Below are positions 1-8,779 of a stretch of 64,000 nucleotides of DNA, piece after piece (the stretch's first letter is position 1; every line of letters begins with the position of its first letter). This DNA is from a virus: positions 21,636 through 85,635 of IMG/VR virus record IMGVR_UViG_3300010367_000378. The stretch is one strand, 5' to 3'. The translations under genes were made by a program, and so were the position numbers. The notes under the pieces are model-generated. The model did not search any database and was not told the DNA's origin. It worked only from the letters and a program-made list of their open reading frames with translations.

Positions 1-162
1 GCTGCCGTCCTCCACCCACTCTCCGACGCCGACGCCGGCGCCGTCGATCTCCACCTCGACAAAACGTCCGCTCTGGTGGCCCGGAGGTCCGTCGAAGCGA
101 ATGTCGAGGATGCGGCCGGCGCCGCCCCCCGGCGCCTCCGCGGTGTTCTTGGTATCGGTCAT
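1..162 (-). CDS. Hypothetical phage protein (3'-truncated by window edge)
   Basis: ATG at 162 overlaps stop of 159..350; translates MTDTKNTAEAPGGGAGRILDIRFDGPPGHQSGRFVEVEIDG and stays open to base 1. Confidence 0.7.
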   Translation of the reverse strand, partial: MTDTKNTAEAPGGGAGRILDIRFDGPPGHQSGRFVEVEIDGAGVGVGEWVEDGS

Positions 163-350
163 TTCTTCGGTTCCTTCCTGCTGCGTGTCTTGGGTTGCCG
201 ACGGCTCGCAGCGGCGCCGTCGCCCTTGATTTCCTCCTGTCGTGGCGCGGCTGGCCGTTGCCGCGCCTGGTGTTGCTCGAACGCCCGGACCAGGTCTTCG
301 AGCGAGTCGGGGAGCCCCTCCCTACCGCGCTCTATGGCCACGGGGATCAC
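159..350 (-). CDS. Hypothetical protein, 63 aa
   Basis: ORF track; co-oriented with and coupled to neighbours. Confidence 0.55.
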   Translation of the reverse strand: MIPVAIERGREGLPDSLEDLVRAFEQHQARQRPAAPRQEEIKGDGAAASRRQPKTRSRKEPKK

Positions 351-426
351 CGTGCTCCCCCGCCGTCGCGGATCTGTTCGTCAAGGACGAAGACCCGGAT
401 CTTACGCCCATCGCTGCGCCGGCCGG

Positions 427-966
427 TCATGATGCAACCCGCCGGCGCCGCGAGGCGCTCCTGCCTGCAGGTTGGGGGAAGCGGATCTCCTGGATGTGCC
501 CGAGCTCCGCGAGAGCCCGGTTCGTCGCGTAGAAGTGGTCCCCCCGCTCTTTGTCGTACCGCGTACTGAGAACCGTGAGCGAGGCCAGCGCCTCGTCCAG
601 GAGGTCGCGCTCGCTGGCTGGCCCCAGAGAGGAGATCCGGTCGGATATCCCGAACTGGGATTTTGGGGGCATCAGCACCAGCACCCAGGAGCCCGCGGCA
701 TCCTCCAGCGGCTGCGCGCCGGCGGCGAAGAATTCGCGGCCCTGGATCTCGATCGGCCGGCCCAGAGTCAGGAGGCGGGGACGCTCGAAGAGATCCTCGA
801 GCTTGCCCGCCAGGATCAGCACCTCATCGGCGACGTCCGCGCCGGCCCAGAAGATCCAGTCCCCGTCCTCTCCCACCCGACTCTCGATCTTCGACGGCTG
901 TCCGGCTTCGGCGACCGCACGCCACTGCCCTCCCTGCGCATCGCGCCAGCGGTGCTCGCGCTTCAC
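427..966 (-). CDS. Hypothetical protein
   Basis: GTG at 966 overlaps stop of the upstream ATPase (GTGA); GC3-rich frame. Confidence 0.7.
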   Translation of the reverse strand: MKREHRWRDAQGGQWRAVAEAGQPSKIESRVGEDGDWIFWAGADVADEVLILAGKLEDLFERPRLLTLGRPIEIQGREFFAAGAQPLEDAAGSWVLVLMPPKSQFGISDRISSLGPASERDLLDEALASLTVLSTRYDKERGDHFYATNRALAELGHIQEIRFPQPAGRSASRRRRVAS

Positions 967-3056
967 GAGACCGCCTCCTCGTAGAGGGGCTCCATGTACT
1001 CGAGGACCAGATTCTCTGGATCGCTCTCCCACCGCGGGCGCTCGGAGAAGACCACCAGCCCGGCCTTCGCCGCCCAGCCGGAGAAGATCCGCCGGCGCCG
1101 GAAGTCCAGCGGGTGCAGGACCCGGCCGGGGACCACCAGGATGCCGCCCAGCTTCTCCCTCTTCTGGAGCATCAGCTTCAGGCAGGCCTCGTGGAGCTCG
1201 GCCTCGCTGATGGCGTCCTGGTCGTCAAGATCGCGGACCTCCGCGGGCTCGTCGAAGCTCTGGCGCAGGCGCATCGTGGTCTTGGAGTAGTGGAGCTTGA
1301 TCCGCATCCCCTCGACGGTGAGCCAGGGCAGGGACAGGGACTCGGTGACGATCGCCCCCAGGTGGGACCAGCTCTCGCCGGCGGCCTTGCGATAGTCGGC
1401 GGCGACCCCCTCGAACCAGCGGAAGATCTCTTCCTCCTGGTCGTGCGCCGCGGCGGCCCGCTGGTAGTCCTGCGCGGCACGGTAGAGCTCGTCATCCGCC
1501 TCGAGGTCCCGGACCCGCTGCTCGGCCGCGGCGACGTCCTCCTGCGTGGCGCCGGGGATCGGAGCGGCAAGGAGCCCCTCGGTCTCGCCCCACTTGCGGG
1601 CGCGCTCGACGACGTCGTCCACCTCCGCTTCCCGCGCGAGAGCCAGCTCCGCGGCCTCCGCCGCCGCGGCCTCGGCCTGTTGGAGCTGCTCGGCCAGGCG
1701 GGTGACCTCCGCCTCCCGCGCAGCGACCGCGGCGACGTCGGCCTGGCCGCCGGCGACCATCTCGACCAAGACCTCGAGGCGCTGGCGCTCGGCCGCCACC
1801 TTCTCGCGGAGCAGCTCGACGTCCGGCACCTTGAAGACGTCCTCGATCTCGTTTCCGCCCGGCTGATCCAGCCCGAAGCAGGTGTCGATCGCGCCCAGGG
1901 AGTCGTTCCAGAGGTTGTATCCCTCCATGACGCGGCTGGTGAGGCTCGCGGTCCGGTCGTGGGTATCGTTGAGCGCCCGGCGCGCCGCGGCCAAGGCCTC
2001 GCCCGCCATCCTCACCCTCTCGTCGGCCGCGGTCTTGGCGAGCCGCGCCTTGGCCAGCAGCTCCTCGGCGGGGGCGGTGTCGGGCTTGGTGCCGTGGTTG
2101 GCGCGGAGGGCGTCTCGCCGCTGCTCTTCCTGGGCACGGCCCCGCAGCTCGGTGCGCTTCGTCGCCACCTCCACCCGAGCCTGCTGCAGGACCTCGCCGT
2201 CGGGGGCCGGCTTCCCGGCTCGGTCGCGAAGGCTGGAGACCAGGGCGGCGTCCACCTTCATGCCGAGGCGGCGAGCCACCGAGTCCAGCGTCTCCTTGAG
2301 GCGGCCGGCGGCCTCGGCGACGATGAACCGCTGCTGCGCCGCCGCCTTCTCGCCGCTGTTGCCCTGGCTGTTGAGCAGGTCGATCAGGGCGCCGTGATCG
2401 TCGAGCACGCCCTCGCGGTCCCGTGCGAGGAGGAAGACCAGGATCTCCTCCGTCGAGCGGAAGGGCTCGATCTTCACCCGCTTGTTTTCGCCCTTGGCCT
2501 TCTCGGTGAGCGTCGTCCAGAGCTTCCGGCGATCGGTGCCGGGGTCGATCTCGAAAGCGCGGCCCTCGAGCACCCGGGCCAGGCGGCGGACCATCTCCTC
2601 GGTCGAGGGGATGGGGGAGTAGAGGAGGAGGTTCTGCAGGCGGACTCGCGCGCGTCCCTCCTGGTTGTCGAGGCCGAGGTTGTTGGCGCTGATGATCAGG
2701 TCGATGGGCGCCGGCATCGTCTCGATCGGCGGCAGCGTGTCGAGCCCGGTGCGCTCCGGCTCCACGATCTCCCCCGTGGGCAACGACCGGAACGCGATCT
2801 TCGCGAGCGCGATCTCGAAGACGGCGTGCATCTCTCCGTGGGTGATGTCGGCGTCGGACCGGAAGACCCGGTCCTGCTGGAGGAGCTCGATCATGCGGAG
2901 GTGGTGGCTCTTTCCGCTGGCGTTCTCCCCGAGGAAGTTGTAGAGACCAGGTGCCCCCACCCGGCCCAGCAGATGGTCCCCGGCGGCGGGCCCGATGTTC
3001 TTTGATCGGACGTCGCCGCCCCCCCAGACTTCGAATCCCGTTGTCTCTGTGGTCAT
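963..3056 (-). CDS. SMC/Rad50/SbcC-like ATPase with long coiled coil
   Basis: N-terminal Walker A GENASGKS, long Ala/Glu/Arg coiled coil, C-terminal degenerate ABC head (AISEAE...ILVVPGRVLHPLD). Confidence 0.7.
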   Translation of the reverse strand: MTTETTGFEVWGGGDVRSKNIGPAAGDHLLGRVGAPGLYNFLGENASGKSHHLRMIELLQQDRVFRSDADITHGEMHAVFEIALAKIAFRSLPTGEIVEPERTGLDTLPPIETMPAPIDLIISANNLGLDNQEGRARVRLQNLLLYSPIPSTEEMVRRLARVLEGRAFEIDPGTDRRKLWTTLTEKAKGENKRVKIEPFRSTEEILVFLLARDREGVLDDHGALIDLLNSQGNSGEKAAAQQRFIVAEAAGRLKETLDSVARRLGMKVDAALVSSLRDRAGKPAPDGEVLQQARVEVATKRTELRGRAQEEQRRDALRANHGTKPDTAPAEELLAKARLAKTAADERVRMAGEALAAARRALNDTHDRTASLTSRVMEGYNLWNDSLGAIDTCFGLDQPGGNEIEDVFKVPDVELLREKVAAERQRLEVLVEMVAGGQADVAAVAAREAEVTRLAEQLQQAEAAAAEAAELALAREAEVDDVVERARKWGETEGLLAAPIPGATQEDVAAAEQRVRDLEADDELYRAAQDYQRAAAAHDQEEEIFRWFEGVAADYRKAAGESWSHLGAIVTESLSLPWLTVEGMRIKLHYSKTTMRLRQSFDEPAEVRDLDDQDAISEAELHEACLKLMLQKREKLGGILVVPGRVLHPLDFRRRRIFSGWAAKAGLVVFSERPRWESDPENLVLEYMEPLYEEAVS

Positions 3057-3082
3057 GGTGCCTTCGGCTTCCTTCCCCCCGG

Positions 3083-3517
3083 CTACGCCGGGACTTCTTC
3101 TGCCGGTTGTTGAAGGGTGGCAGCGGCACGGTGTCCCATCGCCACGAGACCAGCCTCAATGGTCTCGGTGAGCCTCTCGGCCCGCGCGATGAGCACCAGC
3201 TTGCCAATGGCGCCGACTTTGATCCCCCGTCGGTTGGCCACCTCTACGAGTCGCGTCTTCTCGGCGAGCGGAATGTGAAACCCTCTCGAGATCCTCTCCT
3301 CCCCCGGCCCTTGAGCACCCGCGAGGGCCTGGCCGACGGTGATCGCGTCGTCGAGATCCACGCCACGCATCAGGGCGACGAAGGCGGCCGTCTCAGACAC
3401 GTGGCTGCCGCCTCTGCTTCTGATCGATGTCCGGATTTCGTCGGCCGCCGCATCGAAGCGGTCGAGGACACCCTTGGGAATCTCATCGATCCGGTAGAAC
3501 TTCAGCTTCTCCGCCAT
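3083..3517 (-). CDS. Putative ribbon-helix-helix transcriptional regulator
   Basis: ISRGFHIPLAEKTRLVEVANRRGIKVGAIGKLVL fits an RHH pattern; first gene of the leftward arm at a divergent promoter. Confidence 0.5.
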   Translation of the reverse strand: MAEKLKFYRIDEIPKGVLDRFDAAADEIRTSIRSRGGSHVSETAAFVALMRGVDLDDAITVGQALAGAQGPGEERISRGFHIPLAEKTRLVEVANRRGIKVGAIGKLVLIARAERLTETIEAGLVAMGHRAAATLQQPAEEVPA

Positions 3518-3569
3518 GGTCCCGTCCTTTCCTTCTCCTCTGGGTCTCGGATGGGGGTTGATCCCCCCG

Positions 3570-3610
3570 GTTGAGATACTCTATACAAATCTATCGGGCT
3601 TGTATAGACT
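3570..3610. promoter_or_regulatory. Divergent overlapping promoters and inverted-repeat operator
   Basis: ACTCTATACAA (3578-3588) and TTGTATAGACT (3600-3610) are a 10/11 inverted repeat; each strand reads TATACA-N17-TAGA(C/G)T; AT-rich island between divergent genes. Confidence 0.65.
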
Positions 3611-3641
3611 AACCGCAGTTGAGCCCGGAAGGAGGGGCCAG

Positions 3642-3914
3642 ATGGCGAATTCAACGGAGGAACAGCGCGTCGTGGCGTACCGGGTCGGGCAGCTTCTGAT
3701 AGGCGCCCGGAATCCGGAGGAGGCGGTCGAAGGCTATCGCCTCTACACCGGCGAGAGGACGGACTCTGTCCCTGAGCCGGAGCCGGCGGACGCGTCCGCG
3801 CCCTGGCCGCCGGATGGCTCGACCCGCTTGACGATCGGGAGCCTGCTCGAGGAGGCGCTCGCGGAGAAGCCGAACCCGCCGCTGTGGCTGGCGTCGTTCG
3901 AAGATCTCCAGTAA
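3642..3914 (+). CDS. Hypothetical protein, first gene of the rightward arm
   Basis: Strong RBS GGAAGGAGG before ATG 3642. Confidence 0.7.
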   Translation: MANSTEEQRVVAYRVGQLLIGARNPEEAVEGYRLYTGERTDSVPEPEPADASAPWPPDGSTRLTIGSLLEEALAEKPNPPLWLASFEDLQ

Positions 3915-4117
3915 AGGAAGGAGGCCAGCGTCACCCGTTCGAGGCAAACGGGGAGAGGCTGGCCGCCGAAGGCTTTGCAGTTGAGCCGGGGGGCCGGCTC
4001 TTCCACACCCTGGATGGTAGGTCCCCTGGACAGTTGGCGTCAACCGAGATTCGGGCCGTCCCCGGGGGCGCGGCTCGACATCCACGTCTATGCCCCCGGA
4101 CTGCGAAAGGAGAGGCG

Positions 4118-5761
4118 ATGCCGAAAGAAGGCGATCGCAAGACGTCCAAGGGCCTGCTCAAGGCCAGGGACAAGACCGAGGACATCATGGCTACCCTGGC
4201 CAACATCGACGCCGAGTCGGACATGGTGGCCACCGAGGTCCGGCGCTCCCGGGGCCTGGCCGCCGCGATGAAGAAGCAGCTCTTCCGGCTCGACGAGGTG
4301 ATCCAGCACGAAGCGCAGGGCCGGACCGCGCCGCAGATGAGCCTCGAGGAGGTCCTGCAAGGGGCGTTCGTCAACATGCCCGGGCTGCGCGATGACGAAC
4401 GGGCGGCGATCCGCGCCGCGGCGAAGCGGGGCGAGGAGATGCCCGACGATCCGGACGAGGAGGAAGAGGAGGACGGCGAGGAGGATGGTGGCCGGCCGCC
4501 GCGGCCGAGCCGCTCCCCGTCAGCCGACAACGCCGAGGTCTTCTTCGCAGCGCCGGCGGTGGTGGCGGAAGCGCTCGCCGCCGCCGGCCGGCCTATCCCC
4601 GAGACGTTTATCTCGATTTGGCCGGGGGACGCTCGCTCCTCGGCCCTTGCCTGGGCGCGGAAGAAGCAGGAGGGGGGCGACCCTCCGCAGCCGCCCGTGC
4701 TCCAGAAGCGCTACCTCGAGGACCTCGACCTTTCCGCTCCCGGGGAGGGCCGGCGCGAGCTCGCCGGCTGGATGCGCCTCCCCCTGGCCCTGGGTGACGA
4801 CGAGGAGGCCTGGGCGATCCTCGGCGAGTGGATGGTGACGGCTCACCGCCGCGATCGCGGCGAGCGCGGCGTCCACATGGTCGAGCTGCCGGACATCATG
4901 CTCCCGAGCGTCGAGTTGCTGGCCGAGGTGAAGCAGTCGATCTGCACGTTCCACGGCAACCGCCTGCAGGTGGTGGAGCGCTTCCTTCCCCAGGGGCTTC
5001 TCGCCGCGGCGAGGGTGGGCTTCTCGATCGACACGCTGCTCGCGGCCTCCGAGCTCACTCTGGGTGACGACGGCGAGCTGGTGACCGGCCGGCCGGATCT
5101 GGTCGACCCTCCGGAGCGGCTCATGATCCGCGCCCGGCACGTGCTCGATCGCGGCGGCAACTTGCCGCAGCAGGGCGAGGGCGGCGAGGCTGAAGGAGAG
5201 GAGTCGGCTGCCGCTCCCGAGGAGGAGCCGAGGGTTTCCTACCGCGAGGCCAGGATCGCCGACCTCCGGGTCCCCTTCGTCGACGATGAGGAGGGCGTCC
5301 TCCCGGTGGTGCTGAGGTTCTCCGGCGAGAAGCGCTTGCCCGAACAGATCACCGGCGTGGCGCTCCTCGAGGTCGGCGGAACCTACGAAGGGGTCCGCGA
5401 CAACTCGGCCCTCACCTACCTCGAGGACCCGGTCATCCTGGCGAGGGTCGCCGAGTCCTACGGCAGCCTCATGAGCTGGGAGGAGGCGCAGGCCGCCGGC
5501 CAGGAGGAGCCCGATGTCGAGGAGGAGGGTCTCGACCAAGAGCCGGCGGAGGTGGTGGAGGAGCCGACGGCCGAGGAGCGAGAGCAGCTCGACGAGGAGA
5601 CGGTGGCCGAAGAAGCACCGCCGCCGGTGCCGGGCCCGAACCCCTGGGCCGGGACCGAAGGCGCCGAGGCTTGGGAAGGGCAGGGTGAGGAGGAGGTCGA
5701 GCCCCAGCCGGTCGAGCCCACCCCGATCACTCGGCCGCGGCGGCGCCGGGGGGCCATCTAA
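4118..5761 (+). CDS. Large acidic hypothetical protein
   Basis: RBS AAAGGAGAGG before ATG 4118 (MPKEGDRK); Glu/Asp-rich low-complexity tracts. Confidence 0.8.
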   Translation: MPKEGDRKTSKGLLKARDKTEDIMATLANIDAESDMVATEVRRSRGLAAAMKKQLFRLDEVIQHEAQGRTAPQMSLEEVLQGAFVNMPGLRDDERAAIRAAAKRGEEMPDDPDEEEEEDGEEDGGRPPRPSRSPSADNAEVFFAAPAVVAEALAAAGRPIPETFISIWPGDARSSALAWARKKQEGGDPPQPPVLQKRYLEDLDLSAPGEGRRELAGWMRLPLALGDDEEAWAILGEWMVTAHRRDRGERGVHMVELPDIMLPSVELLAEVKQSICTFHGNRLQVVERFLPQGLLAAARVGFSIDTLLAASELTLGDDGELVTGRPDLVDPPERLMIRARHVLDRGGNLPQQGEGGEAEGEESAAAPEEEPRVSYREARIADLRVPFVDDEEGVLPVVLRFSGEKRLPEQITGVALLEVGGTYEGVRDNSALTYLEDPVILARVAESYGSLMSWEEAQAAGQEEPDVEEEGLDQEPAEVVEEPTAEEREQLDEETVAEEAPPPVPGPNPWAGTEGAEAWEGQGEEEVEPQPVEPTPITRPRRRRGAI

Positions 5762-5764
5762 CCC

Positions 5765-6520
5765 ATGGCCACCGGGAAGAAGCGGGAACGGCCAGGCGAA
5801 GACTTCGAGGCGCAATTTCTGGCCTCGGTGCCTCGAGGGGTCTACCGGCGCAAGCTGCGGACCCCTACGCCACCGGCCTATGAGGCGCCGCGGCTGGTGA
5901 GCCTGGTGGAGGAGCTCTGCCAGCGGCTCCGTGAGCCGGCACCGGACTGGGTCAAGTCGGCCCTGCGCTGGGTCCGGTTCACCTCCAAGGCGGGATACGA
6001 CATCCTCCTGGCCGTTCCCGCTCCCTTCTCTGCCGGCGCCATCGACCTGCAGGACCACCTCGGGCGTTCCGCGCCGCTCAAGGTGCAGCCGGTGATCACC
6101 TTCGCTCTGGAGCTCAAGAGCGTGGACGGGATCTCTCTCCCCTTCAGCAACGTCGAGCCCAACCAGGAGAAGGCGCTGCGCGAGGCAGCGGACGAAGGAC
6201 TGCTCGCGGGCTTCGTGATCGAGTTCCGGAAGGCGGGCGAGGTGTGGTTCGTGCCGATCGGCGCCTGGACCGAGATCCGGGCGGTGACCGACCGCGCGAG
6301 CCTCCCCCTCGAGGCCGCCCGCCGGGTAGGCATGGAGATCCTGCCCGACCCCTACCGCGGCACCAGCCGCGCCTATTGGAACGTCACCGAGTGGCTCGTC
6401 CGGTGCGGAGGACTGATCCCGGACCGACCCAAGAAGAAGCGGGGGCAGAAGGATGCTCCCGCGCCGAAGGCAAGACCGTCAACGACCGCGGGCCCGGTGG
6501 TCCGCGGCCTATTCGACTAG
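5765..6520 (+). CDS. RecU-like Holliday junction resolvase (PD-(D/E)XK)
   Basis: GEDFE...GYDIL...ALELKSVDGISLPFSNVEPNQEKAL...AGFVIEF matches the RecU motif order. Confidence 0.75.
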   Translation: MATGKKRERPGEDFEAQFLASVPRGVYRRKLRTPTPPAYEAPRLVSLVEELCQRLREPAPDWVKSALRWVRFTSKAGYDILLAVPAPFSAGAIDLQDHLGRSAPLKVQPVITFALELKSVDGISLPFSNVEPNQEKALREAADEGLLAGFVIEFRKAGEVWFVPIGAWTEIRAVTDRASLPLEAARRVGMEILPDPYRGTSRAYWNVTEWLVRCGGLIPDRPKKKRGQKDAPAPKARPSTTAGPVVRGLFD

Positions 6521-6529
6521 GGGGGCAAC

Positions 6530-7249
6530 ATGCGACATGCGAGAGACGACTACAACCGTATCCAAGACCCGGCCGCGCATCCCGACGTTCACATCCACCG
6601 CTTCCTCGGCGAGCTCGCCGACGCCTTCGAGTCCGAGAACCGGCAGGAGGCGATCCTCTCGGCGGTGGTGGGCTTCTTCGGGGTGAACCCTGCGCGCGCC
6701 GAGCAGCGCCTGGCGGTGGCTCGGGCCTTCGCAGCCCGGGCGATCCTGGGGGAGACCTCCACGGCCTTCGGCAACGACGAGCCGGTCTTCCTGATCAGGG
6801 GTCAGGACATCTGCGCGCCGGCGGCGATCGCCACCTACGCCGAGATGGCGCGCCTGGCCGGTTCGGCGGAGATCGCGGACCGCGCGGCCGAGTGGGCAGA
6901 TCGCGTCCGGGCCTGGCAGGCCTCGCCCGAGGGCCGCATCCGCCGTCCGGACCTGCCGTTCGAAGGTGAGCACCGCGGTTCCAGAGCGGTCCCTCCGCCG
7001 GCGCCGGCGGCCTCGCTCGACGAGGATGCCAAGGAGCGGGTCGAGGCGCTGGTGCTCGGCTACGATCCCTTCGACGCCGACGGCAAGGAGATCCTGTCCC
7101 GGCGGACGATCTTCGAGGGCGGCCGGTGGCTGGCCCGCTACGGGCTCCAGGACGAGGGCGAGCCGGTCCTCGTCTATGAGGTGTTCATCGCAAGCAACGG
7201 CGCCGGCATCAACGACACCGGCCTCGATCTGCGGAGGGTGGACCGGTGA
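6530..7249 (+). CDS. Hypothetical phage protein
   Basis: Contains DEPVFLIRGQDICAPAAI, a motif type I recognise from phage hypotheticals. Confidence 0.7.
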   Translation: MRHARDDYNRIQDPAAHPDVHIHRFLGELADAFESENRQEAILSAVVGFFGVNPARAEQRLAVARAFAARAILGETSTAFGNDEPVFLIRGQDICAPAAIATYAEMARLAGSAEIADRAAEWADRVRAWQASPEGRIRRPDLPFEGEHRGSRAVPPPAPAASLDEDAKERVEALVLGYDPFDADGKEILSRRTIFEGGRWLARYGLQDEGEPVLVYEVFIASNGAGINDTGLDLRRVDR

Positions 7250-7587
7250 TCGGCCTCGAGGACTCCACCGGCACCCTCGGCATCCTCAACGTCGGCGCCG
7301 GCGACCTGAAGCTCGACCTCGGGCCCGGCGTTCCGGACGAGCAGCGCGCCACCGCGGCGAAGATGGTGGAGGACCTGCTGCGCAACGGCTACTCGATCAT
7401 GGTCGAGATGCCGGATGGCACCTGCAGCCGGGCCACGGCGTTCGACCCCGCCGCTCTCGCCTACGTGATCTCGGAGCCCAAGCCCGCCGGCCGCCGCCGG
7501 GGAAGGCCTCGCAAGGCGACCCCGACGGCGATGGTTCCGGCGGCCACCACCAGAGCGACCGCTGTCGCTCGCTCGGCGGGAGGGTGA
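7246..7587 (+). CDS. Hypothetical protein
   Basis: GTGA-coupled ORF; GILNVGAGDLKL...LLRNGYSIMVEM. Confidence 0.75.
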   Translation: MIGLEDSTGTLGILNVGAGDLKLDLGPGVPDEQRATAAKMVEDLLRNGYSIMVEMPDGTCSRATAFDPAALAYVISEPKPAGRRRGRPRKATPTAMVPAATTRATAVARSAGG

Positions 7588-8342
7588 TCATGCCGCCGGT
7601 CACCTGGGAAGAAGCGGTCGCAACGATCCAGACGGCGGCGATCGAGATGGGCGAGCTCGCCGGAGTTCCGATTCCTGTTCACGACCACCGGATTGCTATG
7701 GCCGAAGGTCACCGCCGGGCCCGGGACTGGGAGGGAGCTACGTTGGGGGTCACCGAGCCCTCCCTCCGGGTTTGCTCCTCTACGGACGTCGACGAGCAAC
7801 TGCAGGTCCGGAACACCTGGTGGTCGGCGCGGCTCAAGACCACGATCACGATTCTCTGGCACGGCAAGCCCGGGGCGCCGGGCTTCAAGGTCGAGAGTGT
7901 CTACAACCGCTGGGGGGTCCATCTCGACGGGCTGAACCGCTGGCGCATGCTGCTCGACACGATGCACGCGGGTCTCCAGACCTGGGATCTCGAAGCCGAG
8001 GCGCGCGCCATGATGCTGCTGGGTGGGCTGGTGAGCGAGCACCAGATGAAGAGCTATTGCCTGACCGGCTGCTTCATGGAGAGCTCGCGGCGGAGCCGAG
8101 CCGTGTACCTCTTCCGCCGGCTGCGGCCGACGGTGGTCCTTCTCCCCGGTTCCGAAGGCAGCTATCACCCCTCCTGCACGCTCTGCTTGCACCCGCTCGC
8201 CTACTACCACGGCACCTTCGCCGGCGCCATGGTCCCCACCGACGAGGTGGTGGCCCACCTCCTCCTGATGCGCGGCGATGAGCCCGGCTTCTGGCGGCGG
8301 GCCAACCAGCACTCGATCGACCGGAAGGAGGCGGGACTGTGA
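7584..8342 (+). CDS. Hypothetical protein (start 7584 or 7590)
   Basis: C-terminal CLHPLAYY...GAMVPTDEVVAHLLLMRGDEPGFWRRANQH block; coupled to both neighbours. Confidence 0.75.
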   Translation: MIMPPVTWEEAVATIQTAAIEMGELAGVPIPVHDHRIAMAEGHRRARDWEGATLGVTEPSLRVCSSTDVDEQLQVRNTWWSARLKTTITILWHGKPGAPGFKVESVYNRWGVHLDGLNRWRMLLDTMHAGLQTWDLEAEARAMMLLGGLVSEHQMKSYCLTGCFMESSRRSRAVYLFRRLRPTVVLLPGSEGSYHPSCTLCLHPLAYYHGTFAGAMVPTDEVVAHLLLMRGDEPGFWRRANQHSIDRKEAGL

Positions 8343-8779
8343 TCTCGGACGTGGACCTGATCTGGGCGGCCGGCCTCTTCGAGGGTGAGGGCACGATCAC
8401 GCTCGCCGTCCGAAATCAGGACGAGACCTACAGACTGTTGGTCATCGTGGGAAACACCGACCGCCAGATCCTGGACTTTTTTCAGGAGCGATGGCCAGGG
8501 TGGCTCCAGCCCGCCTACGGCAAGCGCCCCAGACGGCAGCCGGCGTGGACTTGGACGCTCGCGGCGGGCAAGGCCGAGGCCTTCCTCCGAGCGATTGAAC
8601 CCTACCTGCGCACCGACCGGGTGAAGGACAAGCTGCGTCTCGCCCTGGAGTTCCGTTCTTTTCAGACCACCAAGAAGCGGGAGTGGGGCCGGCCTGAGTA
8701 TCGAGCCAGGCAGCGGAAGCTTTACGCCGCCATGCGGGTGCTCAACCGGCGAGGCATCCCCGAGGAGGCAGCGGCATGA
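8339..8779 (+). CDS. Free-standing single-motif LAGLIDADG homing endonuclease
   Basis: N-terminal DLIWAAGLFEGEGTITL helix, then beta-rich saddle and W-x-W strand. Confidence 0.8.
   Translation: MISDVDLIWAAGLFEGEGTITLAVRNQDETYRLLVIVGNTDRQILDFFQERWPGWLQPAYGKRPRRQPAWTWTLAAGKAEAFLRAIEPYLRTDRVKDKLRLALEFRSFQTTKKREWGRPEYRARQRKLYAAMRVLNRRGIPEEAAA

Noticed and set aside
663-3005. Long plus-strand ORF (780 aa) and similar giants such as 33569..40228 and 1492..3207
   Set aside because: Antisense or alternate-frame shadows of GC-rich genes; Arg/Gly/Pro-rich, no motifs, and the opposite frame has recognisable domains
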